Below, in pieces: positions 11,078 to 23,372 of a stretch of 64,000 nucleotides of DNA. The position numbers were made by a program, and so were the translations under genes. Source of the stretch: Rhynchopus sp. YZ270_cl-10 (lineage: Eukaryota); contig OZ037845.1 in assembly GCA_964035575.1 (NCBI GenBank), positions 682,001-746,000 on the forward strand. Direction: 5' to 3'. The notes beneath the pieces were generated by a model that did no database searches, was not told the origin of the DNA, and saw nothing but the letters and a program-made list of their open reading frames with translations. Each line of letters starts with the position of its first letter. The stretch's first letter is position 1.

Positions 11078-12951
11078 TCATAGGTCGTCATAGTAGCGCC
11101 CAGAGTGGGAGTGGCTGGCCGAAACACCACGGGCAGGAGAGCTGACGAATTCTAATGGGGGCGGCTCGTCTCTGAGGATGGAGGGGGTGCGTGCGGGGTG
11201 GACGCTGTGCGGACCTTGGAAGGGCTGTGGAGGATGCTTTCTGCTAAGCGGACTGCTGGGTGGCTGGATGGGCATTCTCATTAGACCATGCGAAGTGTGT
11301 GGCGACTGCGTCTTCACTGGCGACCCCGGCTTATGTCTTGCCCAAAAATCCTCTGAATTGACAAAACCCCATTTCCCATCCTCCCATACACTCACACAGT
11401 GCGGATCAGAGTTCGCCCAATTCGAAGCAAAATACGCAAAATACGCTTCATTAACAAGCAAAGGATAGTCGTCTCCCTTCGCAACAGAGCAGAGTGGATG
11501 ATCACTAAACCCCGCCACCGTTTCAATTTGCGCAGTAAGGTCTGCCCAGAACGTTTCTGTAACCGGAAATGAGAAGGATCCGGTGCTATCCTGGACCTTT
11601 ACTGAGATGCGGTTGCCTGCATGGGAAGGGGAGCGAGAAGGGGAAGGGGAGGGACGTCCCTGAGGAAGATGTGAGATGTGCAGCTGTGTGTTGTAGCCGT
11701 CACTGTCAGATCCACTGTCAGAGCCTTCGTCCTCCTCAGGCATGAGTTGCGACATGAGCTGTCCCCAGACCCGCTCGTTCTGTTCGTTTGTCATCTCCTG
11801 ATGCGCAAGCCTCTGCTCGCTGGCCTGTCTATTCTGTTGGTACAACGCCTGGAGGTATTCCTGATACTGCTGCTGGGAAGACTTCAGGTATTCGTTGAAC
11901 TGCGTCTGGTGGTCGTTCGCAAGCTGCTGCTGTTGTTGCAGCTGGTCTTGCCATTGCTTTGCGGTTTCCGTCACTGCTTCTAATTCACGCCGTCTGGTTT
12001 CAAGCTGCAGCTCGGCGAGCTCTCTTTCTGCTTGAAGCTGCTCTATGTTGGCACGCAGTGTGGATGCAGCCTCTTCATCACGTATGGACAAAGGGCGTGC
12101 CTTAGCGGGCGACGCAGGGGACGATGCGAGAGACTCTTCATAGCCACTCCCCTGTGTGGGCACACCGGATAGCCTGTTGTTGCGTGGCGGTGGTGGCGGC
12201 GGCTTTGCACCATTAGGGAAGTCTTGCTGCCCCGGAAGCGGAAAGGTGGTAGGGCTCTGCCCGCGTGTCGCCTCTGCGTTCTTTGCCTGTGCACGGGAGT
12301 ATTGCTGTGCCTGCTGTGCGTCGTCCTCCGCCTTGCTCACCTCAAGGTGCATCCTCTCGCGTACGCTTGGGGCATTGGGCTTTCTGATGGGGAAAGAATG
12401 TAAAAAGTTGGGGGGATGGGGGTGGCATACTTTTTCCGTTCATCCTTTGGGGACTTCTGTGCCACCTCAATAGGTGTTGCAAGCGTTGTCACCTCCAACG
12501 GTGCACACCCTGTAGCCTCACGCACCTTTTTGATAATGGTGAGAAGGTGCGGGAAGTACTGAGCTGGCGCTGCTGACGTATTGCGTTCGTCGATCTTTTC
12601 GTGAAGGAGAAGGTCCTCTTGGCCTGCAATCTTGAGCAGTACGCGTTTCTCACTCTTGCAGGTGTATGCTTCCGTGATGTCTGCTATCGAGAACAACCTC
12701 TTCGCATCACCCTCCACTGTACACAGGTGTACCATCAGCGACGTTACAATGCACACCCTAGTCACTTTCCCCTCCTTTGCTGTGATGCGGTTGCAGATAA
12801 TACAAAACCTCACCTCATGTTCATCCCCACGCACAAAGTGTGCAGCAGCCGTCCGCACCTTGGCAGGAAGCTTCTTTTCTTGAAAGGCCCCCCGTTTGTT
12901 CGGCGATGTAGGTGTCCCTACAGTGCCTTGTGTAGTTGGGGAGCCAGGCAT
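11078..12951 (-). CDS. PH/TH1-like domain plus coiled-coil protein, 2 exons (12951-12431, 12383-11078), 608 aa
   Basis: Two overlapping ORFs are fused exactly by a 47-nt GTATGC...CATCAG intron at 12384-12430. The N-terminal RVCIVTSLMVHLC...KRLFSIADI...VLLKIAGQEDLLL segment has a beta-rich PH-like pattern, followed by a Q/E-rich coil. Confidence 0.8.
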
Positions 12952-14741
12952 TTGTATGCTTTTTTATGCTCCAAAAAAAAAAAAATGCCTCCTATTTTGT
13001 AGGTATTGAGTGGTAATGGAGGGGAGTTTTTGTTTTACAATAGCGCAGTATGGTATGCCCAATATAGGGAGGGGGTAGGACAGTGGGGACGCCCACATGA
13101 AATATCTCTTCCCTGGCCAGCCGGAAAAATAACAAGTAGTATTTTCTTACAGGCAACACTACTTATGGACGGTGCTAATATAGCTGGCCTTATGTCGGGC
13201 TTGCCTTTAAGAGGAGGAGAGAGAAGGGGACAGAGAGAGGAGTCGGGGTTACGTATATTTACTTTTTCTTGAATTTGTGTGTGTGGGGGAAGAAATAGAG
13301 GAAAAACACCCCTTGCAGAAACCGCTAAGGGGGGACAAAAAAAAAAAAAAAAAAAAAAAAAAAAACAGATACTCAGGGACGCAGGTACTGCTCCAGGAAG
13401 GTGGGGGTGGTCTCGAACACCCCCCCTGGAGTGTTGCGCTAGGGAGTTTGCTTGGAAAAGGGGAGAGACGAGGGGGGAAAAGTAAAATAAAATAGTGAGG
13501 GGCAAGTGTGTATGCGAACGGTCTGTCGTCGCTCTCGGGGGGGTGTGTGTTATGGATACTGTGTGCTTTTGACTGGAGGTCTCTATCCCTTTGCTGGTGG
13601 TTCACATCTTATTAATGTGCCCCAATAGGGGGGTACTGCAGAAACCCGTTCTATGTAAATTTCCCCCCAAAATATGGTAGAGCTGTTGCCCCGAGTGACC
13701 CACGATTCGATGCAAGTCCCGGATAAAAGCAAGCCAGGTCTTGCATAAAAAAACACTACACCGCAAAAGGCTAGATTTGTTGGGTGGGAAAAGAAGTTCG
13801 TCTATCCATTGTTGTATATCACAAAAGGGGGAAAGAAAAATAATTTTGAAAGATGAATGCACCTCTCTGTGTACGCACACCTCTCAAAAATAGGAAAAGA
13901 GGAGAACCGGTACTTCGAAAAAAGCAAGGCAAGACGCAAAACCAAAAAAAAAAAACCCCCCCCGGGGGGGGTTGAATACCGATTGGAAGAGAACAACTTT
14001 AATAGCTGCCGCTGGCCCATATTTTTTTTGAGATAGGTTTTTGTGTTCCAAATAACACAAATAATTGGAACCTGGACACAATGAGGACTAAAAAAGGACA
14101 TTATATCACTTACACATTAACACAGATACCGTGCACCCACCTAACCCAATGAGATAAAAAAGGAACAAAAAAATGTATGTCACAAAAAAAGTTGAAAATG
14201 TGAACGCCTCACCAGACATCGGCGGACGCAAACAAAATAATCTGAAAGTGCAAAAGACTCAAAAATTCCTGGGTTTTTAGAGAAGAACCAACGACAAAAA
14301 AAGAAAAAATATTTATGGGATGAACCTCAGCCTCTCGTGCTTAGACATCTTTAAAAAAAAAAAAATTGAGAGATGAACAATGCATCAGTTCAGCTGCCTT
14401 CTGAAAGGCAGGTGTGGGATCTTAATGAAAACTGATTTCCCGGAGGGAAAACAAAAAAAATATCAGAAAATACAAAAAATGGGGGAAAACTGAAAAAAAA
14501 GGAAAATAGACAGTTGTTGGAGGTATAGGAATGTGTTGGGAATACATACTGCAAGGTCGCATAATCTGGCAACTCTACACAAAAAAAAAAAAATCGTATT
14601 CTTGAAACACTTCTTTTTCTTTCCAAAGAACCTAAACGAAGAGAAAAAATTGAAACGACAGCAAGGTTATAAGATGAGCCCTAAGCCTCTCACTATCACA
14701 TTCGCTACAAAAAAATGATTTTACCCACATCTATATGGGTA

Positions 14742-14847
14742 CAGTTTGCCGCAATATTAGGGAATATGTCCATTGGGTGGACCCAATATCTCCCCATGAA
14801 TAAGTCACCCTACAATAAAACACACCCGCAATATTGCGACTAAACTA
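14742..14847. mobile_element. Degenerate TA-flanked MITE (Tc1/mariner-like ends)
   Basis: TA-CAGTTTGCCGCAATATT ... AATATTGCGACTAAACTA-TA imperfect inverted repeat. Confidence 0.45.
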
Positions 14848-14901
14848 TAAAACAAAAAATATCATTTTCGTGATCTCTCTTTTTTTTTTGTCCCCCCCCT
14901 T

Positions 14902-15897
14902 TTATTGCACAACCATCCTCTCCTCTATATCGTCCACTTCCTTCAGGTCGTCTCCATCGTCATGATCCCCTTCGGTACTGGTATCCTCTTTGTCCACAAG
15001 GAGGAACCCTAGGTCGTCGTCTTCCTCTTCTTCCTCCTCCTCCTCTTCTTCTTTCCCCTCTTTCTGCGTACGGAGTGTTTCTTGCGCCTTAATGATGGAT
15101 TCCGCTTCAGCTTCGGGAAGTCCTTGGCATTCTATGGTTAGAGTTGTTGTTTCGCCTTCTACTTTGTTGGAGACAAGGAGTTCAACATATCCTGTACTTA
15201 TATCAGTTTCTGGAGTGGAAAGTGAGTCTAGGACTGCATCTGCCATGGCACCTCCCGCGAAAGATCCTGCAAAGGAGCCAAGACCGGTTCCGACTCCTGG
15301 CATGAGCATTGTTCCTACAGCGGTGCCTGCAGCACCTCCACTAAAGGTTCCGACAGCGCGGGTTGCATGGCAAGCAGAGAGTTTAACGAAGCCGACTACA
15401 CTGCCATTCCCCTTTGCGATCATCCACGCAAAGTCGGACACTTCTTGCGCAAGAATCTGCGACATAATGACAAGAATCTGCCCTCTCACTCCAATGCTTC
15501 CTACTGTGGAGGCCAGCGATTTTGATGATATTGCGTCGATTTCGCAGGACCCTACTCCACCGAAGAGGTGCTTTGCGCAGGTGGGCCCGACGTAGGGTAT
15601 GCGGATGAGAAGCTTCTCTGTTGCCTGCGCCTGCACAGTGGAGGAGAGGACAGCGCACTGTGCTACGCCATTGAGCACCTCAGAGCAGGAGGCACGGCTT
15701 AAGAACATCATAAGGGTCTGAGACACCCTGTTCATGTACATCCGGGTGACCATCATAGCAACGCGGGTGCACAACTGAAAGCCGTATCCGGTTACATTCG
15801 TAACAGAAGGCACGTTGCCCACCAAGCAATACTCCGTCCCATTAACGACAACGTTCATGTCGGTTTCATTTTCGTTTTCGGTTTCGTCGGTTGACAT
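14902..15897 (-). CDS. Hypothetical protein with glycine-zipper helices and acidic tail, 331 aa
   Basis: ATG at 15897 (MSTDETENE). GGAAGTAVGTMLMPGVGTGLGSFAGSFAGG glycine zipper and poly-E/D C-terminus. The longer ORF-track start runs into a transposon. Confidence 0.75.
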   Translation of the reverse strand: MSTDETENENETDMNVVVNGTEYCLVGNVPSVTNVTGYGFQLCTRVAMMVTRMYMNRVSQTLMMFLSRASCSEVLNGVAQCAVLSSTVQAQATEKLLIRIPYVGPTCAKHLFGGVGSCEIDAISSKSLASTVGSIGVRGQILVIMSQILAQEVSDFAWMIAKGNGSVVGFVKLSACHATRAVGTFSGGAAGTAVGTMLMPGVGTGLGSFAGSFAGGAMADAVLDSLSTPETDISTGYVELLVSNKVEGETTTLTIECQGLPEAEAESIIKAQETLRTQKEGKEEEEEEEEEEDDDLGFLLVDKEDTSTEGDHDDGDDLKEVDDIEERMVVQ

Positions 15898-15999
15898 CTT
15901 TGTGTAGAACTTTCTGAAGAATGTTGAAAATAGATAAAAAATGTAGAATGAACCGAAATAATCACAGTGAAATCGAAGCTGAAAAAAAAAAAGAAATGA

Positions 16000-16917
16000 T
16001 GGTGTGGCCCGATTTGTGGTTTTGCGTGTCCCAAGAATGGCCCAAAAGTGGGTTAAATCGAGGGGGGGTCCCTTTTTTAATTTGTTACCCGGTGTTTTTT
16101 TTGGGGTGGTTTTCACGCTAGGTCTGACCCGGAGGCACCTCTGCATAGTGACTGGAGGGGAAATTTGGGGTGGTCCGAACCTTTCGGTTAGGAATAATTC
16201 ACAACACGGTGGCTAAAATCGGGGTTTTCTGGGAAGGGATACCCTAAGGGGGAAACCGATTGACCTTGAGTCCTCCTTGGCTTCAAGGAGCCAGACAGGG
16301 GGCACATGGCGTGCCCTGGCAGAATAATCGGGTTGAGCCTGTTAACTGCTGTGCCACAGTTGGTCCAGCTGGTCACTTTATTCCCGATATTCGGGAAGCC
16401 AAAAACCGTGAGGGACCGATAATGACTTTTTTCCTTTGTTACTGTACTGTACTGTACTGTACTGTACTGTACTGTACTGTACTGTACTGTACTGTACTGT
16501 ACTGTACTGTACTGTACTGTACTGTACTGTACTGTACTGTACTGTACTGTACTGTACTGTACTGTACTGTACTGTACTGTACTGTACTCCCAATCCCCCG
16601 TGTATACTGTGTATACTGTGTATACTGTGTATACTGTGTATACTGTGTATACTGTGTATACTGTGTATACTGTGTATACTGTGTATACTGTGTATACTGT
16701 GTATACTGTGTATACTGTGTATACTGTGTATACTGTGTATACTGTGTATACTGTGTATACTGTGTATACTGTGTATACTGTGTATACTGTGTATACTGTG
16801 TATACTGTGTATACTGTGTATACTGTGTAAAGGGCAAAAAAATTAAAAAATACACCTAAAAAAACACGGCCCAAGAATGGCCCAAAAGTGGGTTAAATCG
16901 AGGGGCGGGCCACACCA
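16000..16917. mobile_element. Non-autonomous TIR element, TGGTG...CACCA family, 918 bp
   Basis: 12-bp TIR TGGTGTGGCCCG. 5-bp TSD AATGA at 15995-15999 and 16918-16922. About 36-bp internal direct repeat CCCAAGAATGGCCCAAAAGTGGGTTAAATCGAGGGG near both ends. Confidence 0.88.
16441..16828. repeat. Compound microsatellite (ACTGT)n then (GTGTATACT)n
   Basis: Perfect 5-mer array about 16441-16588 and perfect 9-mer array about 16600-16828, inside the 16000-16917 element. Confidence 0.98.
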
Positions 16918-17034
16918 AATGAGGGGATAAAAAAATATCTTTTTAGAGCGAAACCCTTTATTTTTGTTTGTGAAAACAAAAAGAAAATTCTCCTTTTTTG
17001 TTGTACTCGAAACGAATAAGATAGATTTTGTTTT

Positions 17035-17730
17035 TTACGCTGCAGAAGGTTTTCTTGACCCGGCAGTTTCCCCTGCTGCACCTTCCTCCTGCGGGGGAGG
17101 TGGTGGCGGTGGCGGTTTCTGCCCTTCTTGGACTGTTTTCGCGAAGGCTTCAAAATCAATTTCAACTGAATCATCTGCTGGCACGTCGGGATTGGTGAAC
17201 AGCCGTTTGAGTTCTTCTATCTCCAATGGTCCAAGAACATCGTCACCAAGACTGGTCATGATGTGCACCAGATTCCGTACTGATATACGGGGACCCGGTT
17301 CGAAGACCTTAAGACAAGATACAATTTCATCGACACACCGTCTATGGTTCTTGTACCCCAACTCTATAGCTTCGATGAGGGTCAGCCAGGAGTATTTCGG
17401 GATGTCTTCTGGAAGCTGCATGATCTTCGCCTTTTCGTCGTCTTCGTCCTTCTTCTTCTTTTTGTCTTCCTCTTCTTTGTTTTTCTTCTTTTTGCGGTCA
17501 TCACGCTTTTCATCCGCATCATATATGCTCATAAACGACACGACCTCCTCCAAATCAGGCTGCGTAGGGTTCATCCCTATACCACGAAGAATGAACAACA
17601 GGTCGTTCTGCGATGCAAGTGGCTCGTACCCTTCCCTCTTAAAAGAACGCTGCTGGAACAACGCCTGCGCCTCATTGATGATATCACTCGTTAACACCGC
17701 AGGATTCTTGTTAGAATTATTTTGGAACAT
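17035..17730 (-). CDS. Calmodulin/light-chain-like EF-hand protein (degenerate EF-hands)
   Basis: ILRGIGMNPTQPDLEEVV, EIVSCLKVFE...ISVRNLVHIMTSLGDDVL..EIEEL and EIDFEAF match the calmodulin-superfamily scaffold; charged K/D/E insertion present. Confidence 0.85.
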   Translation of the reverse strand: MFQNNSNKNPAVLTSDIINEAQALFQQRSFKREGYEPLASQNDLLFILRGIGMNPTQPDLEEVVSFMSIYDADEKRDDRKKKKNKEEEDKKKKKDEDDEKAKIMQLPEDIPKYSWLTLIEAIELGYKNHRRCVDEIVSCLKVFEPGPRISVRNLVHIMTSLGDDVLGPLEIEELKRLFTNPDVPADDSVEIDFEAFAKTVQEGQKPPPPPPPPQEEGAAGETAGSRKPSAA

Positions 17731-17823
17731 TTTGAGAATTTAAAAAAAGTGTGTAAAGGATGGTGTAAAGGTAGGGTGGATGGTGGAGGGGGGAGAAGTC
17801 TGTGATGTTTTGTGGTGAAGCAA

Positions 17824-17910
17824 AAAGTGAAGTTGATAGTGCAAACGCAGGGACGCAGAGCACTGACACTCCGCGTGTTATCGAACCCCCGGAGTGTGGG
17901 TTTACATCTG
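17824..17910 (-). repeat. Polar hairpin repeat family B (longest copy)
   Basis: + strand consensus AAAGTGAAGTTGATAGTGCAAACGCCTCTGGGACGCAGGCACTGACACTCC. Copies at about 1626, 14190, 25785, 26546, 28426, 31970, 32753, 35304, 51571 and 57344. Confidence 0.88.
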
Positions 17911-19683
17911 ATAGAGAGAGAGTGGGGTAATTGGGATACTTTTTTTTTTCGTTTTCATTCAATAACTTTTTGCAACGACAATGGTTTTCACCGCTTTTGT
18001 GTCGTAGGAAGTGCTTGTCTTGGGAACAGGAGCACACGAGTGAAATAGGTCAACCGCAAGAAGGGGGGGGAAAGGAGGGGGTCTTTCTGCGTGCTCGTTT
18101 GAGAACAGATGCACGTAAAAAGAGAGAAAATGTTTTGATTTCTTGAAATCATACAGGCAGTGGAGGTTTTTTTATTTCCCCAATAGCGTCGCAGCAAAAA
18201 AACAAAGAAACGACGTGGAAAATAATGGACCTGAATCATGGGGGACAGGGAGTGCATTTTACTGGAGGAGAAAATGAAACCCTGAAGGGGCGAGATCCCA
18301 AAGTGTAACAACTTTTTTTTTTTTTTTTGGTTGAAAAATTGTAGGAATAATAGCAGTTGCCACCTTGCAAACTCCACTATACTTTTTTGGTAAGATGATC
18401 CTAAGCCTCATAACACTAAAACCACCTTGAAGAAAGGACAATTTTTTTTGTTTATTTTTTTGGTTGTAGACTACCATCACAGGATAGTAGTCACAATTTT
18501 TCTTCACAGGATCCATAAAATTAAATAAAAGAGCGACAAGAAAAAGAAAAGAAAAGAACAGAACAACGATAATCGGTATCAACGGAAATCAAACTGAACT
18601 TTTGTTTAATTTGAATCAAAAGAAGAAAAGAAAAAAAACCCCAAAAAAAAGAAAGCCGTAAAAACGCAATGTATGCGCAAGCTGGTATGCAAAAAAGAAA
18701 GTAAAAAATAAAAATAAGAGTAAATAAATGTGTCAGATAAACACAAAAAAGAGAAAAGTTGGACAATAGCAAGCCTCCTACGCACTTTTTTTAATTGTGT
18801 TACTCGCCAATCGTTTTGCATTGTTTGATTCAAAAAGTTTTTTTTTTGCGTAGTATTCTGCTTACTACAAGTCTATGGTTCGGTCCTAGTGTAGACATTT
18901 GTAACTATCAAAGGGGGGGACTGGCGGACTTGTGTTGCTTTAAAAAAAACACCCAAAAATGAGCGTTTATTTGCTTCGTTGGCACGAATATCACGTTTTT
19001 GTTTTGTTTTGTTTTGTTTTGTGCGACGCTATCACCCAGTAGGCAGATAACATTCTGTACGTTATGTGTTTTTTAAAATAAAATCAATCCGAAAGGGATC
19101 AAACAAAATAGGTCAAGGTGTGACCTTTTTGGGGCATACCCTAGAAGGACCCTTTTTTTAAACCTATTTTGGGAAAATCACACCAAGGTCGAAAAAAAAA
19201 TTGTGCGGCAAAGCAAAAAGGGTTTTTTTTGCCACATCATCGAAAGGAAAAAAATGAAACATCAATAAAGTAGTTCGAAAACAGTGTTACCACCCAACCC
19301 AGCATCCCAATAGTATCCAGAATAGAACAAGGGTGAGAGAGAGAGAAAGGGATTCGAAAAGAAGGTGAAAAAGGAAGAATAAAAAAAAAGGGAAAAACTG
19401 TCCTCCCCCCCTGCCGCACCCAGCAGATGTAGCACAACAACAAGACAAAAGCAAGAGACGGTACTATGCAGGCGGCGCGGCTTTCCGAGAATCAAATCTA
19501 AGTTGACGGATGAATATGCATCAGTGCACAATCAAATTTTTTTTTCGTATACTATCTATTCTACTGAATAGAAGGTATAATAGGGTGCACTAAATGTACC
19601 CAATAATATCAAAAAAGTAGAGTTGAAATACACAGCCCTCTTGACAGTGTACCTAAAAAAAAAATAGTATGCCGGGTGAGCGT

Positions 19684-20559
19684 CAGAGCTCGCGCTAAAG
19701 TCCATCCCTCATCCCGGGATTTTTGGGGGTTTTGGTAGGAACGTTTTTTTTTTGCAGTACGGGGATTTCATTAAGAAACCAGAAGTTCTAATATTGTTGA
19801 GTAAGACCACCACATAGTGGACTTGCATGTACATGTGACCCCGCCGTGGAACGCAATTGGCTCGGAAAGTCAAAAGAAAGAGGAGAAAAAAGAAAAGGGG
19901 GAAAAAAAAAAGTTGGTTACCGTGCGCCTGCGGCGCTGCCTGTTCCCTTCCAGTTTCTACAGGCAAACACTTTACCCCCTTTACCTTACACTGACGGGTT
20001 TTGACCAAAACCAAGAACTTGTCCATTTCGGCAAATTGACCCCACCACAGAACGGACGAATTCCGGAAATGCAAATGCCAGTGTTTTCGCGCATTTTCAT
20101 GTTGCAAGACGTTCAGGATCAGGGAGAGAAAATCTGGCTGTGGGATTTACATTGGCCCTCTTTACCCTACATGGATTTTGACCAAAACCAAAAAATTGGC
20201 CATTTCGGCAAAGTGACCCCACCACAGCGCGGACGGATTCCGGAAATTCCAATCGCGGTATGTTTTGGGGCTGAAAACCCACTGATTTTCAGGAGAAAAA
20301 TTGCTTCCAAATCTCGGAATTTTCCGAATTTTCCTGAAAATGACCCTTGTTTACGAGTATGGGTTCATATTTTGCGAAAATTTAAGTCACTAAAATTTTG
20401 TCCATTTTTCCGTATATACCCCACCACAAGCCGGGATTGGCCCGGAAATGCCACAAAACGGGGTTTCCGGGCCTCCCCAGCTAACCTTTTCAAGGAACGT
20501 TTTTCCGTACCCGAAATCCATTTTTTCCCCATTTTTTCCCATAATTAGCGCGATCACTG
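19684..20559. mobile_element. Non-autonomous hAT-like element, 876 bp
   Basis: 15-bp TIR CAG(A/T)G(C/A)TCGCGCTAA. Perfect 8-bp TSD GTGAGCGT at 19676-19683 and 20560-20567. Internal duplicated block at about 19975-20075 and 20155-20250. Confidence 0.85.
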
Positions 20560-21609
20560 GTGAGCGTGTCGTCCTACATAGTAGGTTACAGATAAAAAGA
20601 AATGTACGATTTTGTCTTTTTTTGTGTTATTGTTGTGTTTGGTGAGAAACAGAGAGGGAATGAGGGGAGACAAAAAACAAAGTTTATGGTAAGACAACCC
20701 TGAGAAGGTCATCTATCTGTTGTATGGAATCTACCCGCCTATACAAGAACCATTTTTTTAAAAAAAGAGAGAAGTTTTCTGGGGGGGAAAAGATTACAGA
20801 ATAGTGCAGTATTTCACAAGTTGTGCGTGGTGAACAAAATCAAAAAAAGAAAATTGAAGAACCAAGGAGGTACAGTTTATTTGCCCATGGTAATGCCTCC
20901 TCTCACAAGCTCTCACAGCCTGTTAACGTGTCTCACGGAGACGATCATAGATCACCCAACAATTGTACAAAAGGGATCAGTTTTTTTCCCCCAAAAAATA
21001 AAAATAAAAAAAAATGTAGAAAACGAACCAATCGCGAGACGGGAAAGATATTTTCGTACACCAAATCACAATTTTAAAAATGATTTCCCCCCCTCAAAAA
21101 ACTTAGCTTTAGCAGAAAGCCATCTGAAGATAGTCTTTTAACTATTACCTCGTTTTCTTCTTGCGTTTTGTTTCATTGTGGTGTGTTCCGGGGTATCGAA
21201 AAATACAAATTTTCATTTCAATTCACAACTCTTCACAACTATTCACAACTATTCACAACTCTTCACAAATTTTCACAAAAACGTGTATGTGAAGAGTTGT
21301 GAAGAGTTGTGAAAAGTTGTGAAGAGTTGTGAAGAGTTGTGAAGAGTTGTGAAGAGTTGTGAAGAGTTGTGAAGTTGGCGAAGTCTGGGTGGTGCCTGGG
21401 CACCCAGGTACCCAGGTAGGTACAGGACACCTTTTGGAGGACGTTGGTTGGCAACACAGGAGGTTCTATGTGCAAAAAGTGCCTAAAATGGTGCGGCTGA
21501 CGGGACGATTTGGACCCTTTTGGGCCATTCTTGGGCCATGTGTTTTTAGGTGTGTTTTTTTTTCAACTTTTTGACTTGGATTGCATTTTTGGGATCCCCG
21601 TGCAGTGGT

Positions 21610-22296
21610 CATACTTGGACCGCCCGAAAAAAATTTCGGGCGAATTCGGGCGGATTTTTCGGGCGCGGGTCCCGAGCGCCCGAAATGTGCCCGAAATATA
21701 TTTCGGGCGTTTTAAAGGGAATTTATACGTAATTCGGGCGAATTCGGGCGCACAATCGGTGCACTGGAGTATCTTATGTGTGCTGGGAAGCATGCCACCA
21801 GTGTAAAAATTTTACGCTTTATTTGAAAGATTGGCACAAAATTTGTTCAAAGAAAAAAAAATTGAGCAAAAAGTCCGAAACACCCCGAGAATGGGTCAGA
21901 ACCACCCTGTGACCCGACAATTCACAAAAATTCACCTTGAAATACGAAAAAATGGTGAAACCCCGGTTCATAGTGTGTTTTGGGTGGGAATAAGCACATG
22001 ATAGTCAGAAAACCCGTGTTTGGTGGTGATTCCCAAAGTGCACTCAGGTGTACAAAAGTTTTCGATTCTTGCTTATTTTGACAGATTTGACATCAAATAT
22101 TTCCAAATATAAAAAGTTTTTTGCAAAAATGAATAGAAACCTACCTAGTCGGTTTTCACTAAGGAAAAAGCGCCCGAATCCGCCCGAAATCTGCATTTCG
22201 GGCGTTTTCGGGCAAATTCGGGCGCACAAAATCGCCCGAAATCCGCCCCTAATCCGCCCGAAATGCCCGAAATATATTTCGGGCGGTCCAAGTATG
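21610..22296. mobile_element. Nested TIR element with CATAC...GTATG ends, 687 bp
   Basis: 20-bp TIR CATACTTGGACCGCCCGAAA. Flanked by AGTGGT at 21604-21609 and 22297-22302. Many CGCCCGAA/TTCGGGCG subterminal repeats. Confidence 0.85.
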
Positions 22297-22740
22297 AGTG
22301 GTGGGGCCGACGTTGAAAATTGGACAATTTTATGACCTCTTAAATTTCGGAAAATATGAGCCCGGTCACTAATAGGCGGCCCATTTCGGTCAAAAATTGT
22401 CCCCAAAATCCGGAGTGTATTATTGACCTTTGTGGGCGACGAGACTGTCCTGTGTGAGGTTAACCTACAGGTTAATTCCATTATGGCGGTGGTTGTTTTG
22501 CATCTCTCACACATTATGGATCGACGCACTGGTGAGTCCTTGGCGGTTACTTCGTCTCCTTTCGTCTTATCCGCCTTTTTGGTGGGGATTATTAACACCG
22601 TTTTTAGAAATTTTGTGCGAGTTAGGAAAAAATATGAGAGTACCACAGATACTCCAAAGTTAAAAATTCTTGCTTTAATGGAATTTTTGGGCCTCAAACT
22701 CGGACATCGGAAATCCATAGGGTCCCCCCTATGGTTTTTA

Positions 22741-23372
22741 CACAGTACACAGTACACAGTACACAGTACACAGTACACAGTACACAGTACACAGTACACA
22801 GTACACAGTACACAGTACACAGTACACAGTACACAGTACACAGTACACAGTACACAGTACACAGTACACAGTACACAGTACACAGTACACAGTACACAGT
22901 ACACAGTACACAGTACACAGTACACAGTACACAGTACACAGTACACAGTACACAGTACACAGTACACAGTACACAGTACACAGTACACAGTACACAGTAC
23001 ACAGTACACAGTACACAGTACACAGTACAGAGTACAGAGTACAGAGTACAGAGTACAGAGTACAGAGTACAGAGTACAGAGTACAGAGTACAGAGTACAG
23101 AGTACAGTACAGTACAGTACAGTACAGTACAGTACAGTACAGTACAGTACAGTACAGTACAGTACAGTACAGTACAGTACAGTACAGTACAGTACAGTAC
23201 AGTACAGTACAGTACAGTACAGTACAGTACAGTACAGTACAGTACAGTACAGTACAGTACAGTACAGTACAGTACAGTACAGTACAGTACAGTACAGTAC
23301 AGTACAGTACAGTACAGTACAGTACAGTACAGTACAGTACAGTACAGTACAGTACAGTACAGTACAGTACAG
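22741..23372. repeat. Compound microsatellite (CACAGTA)n-(CAGAGTA)n-(CAGTA)n
   Basis: Three abutting perfect arrays with transitions near 23027 and 23101, inside the 21179-24195 element. Confidence 0.98.

Noticed and set aside
16188..16874. Long ORFs with YTV/QYSTV/CIL repeats
   Set aside because: They are translations of stop-free microsatellite units, open in several frames on both strands.
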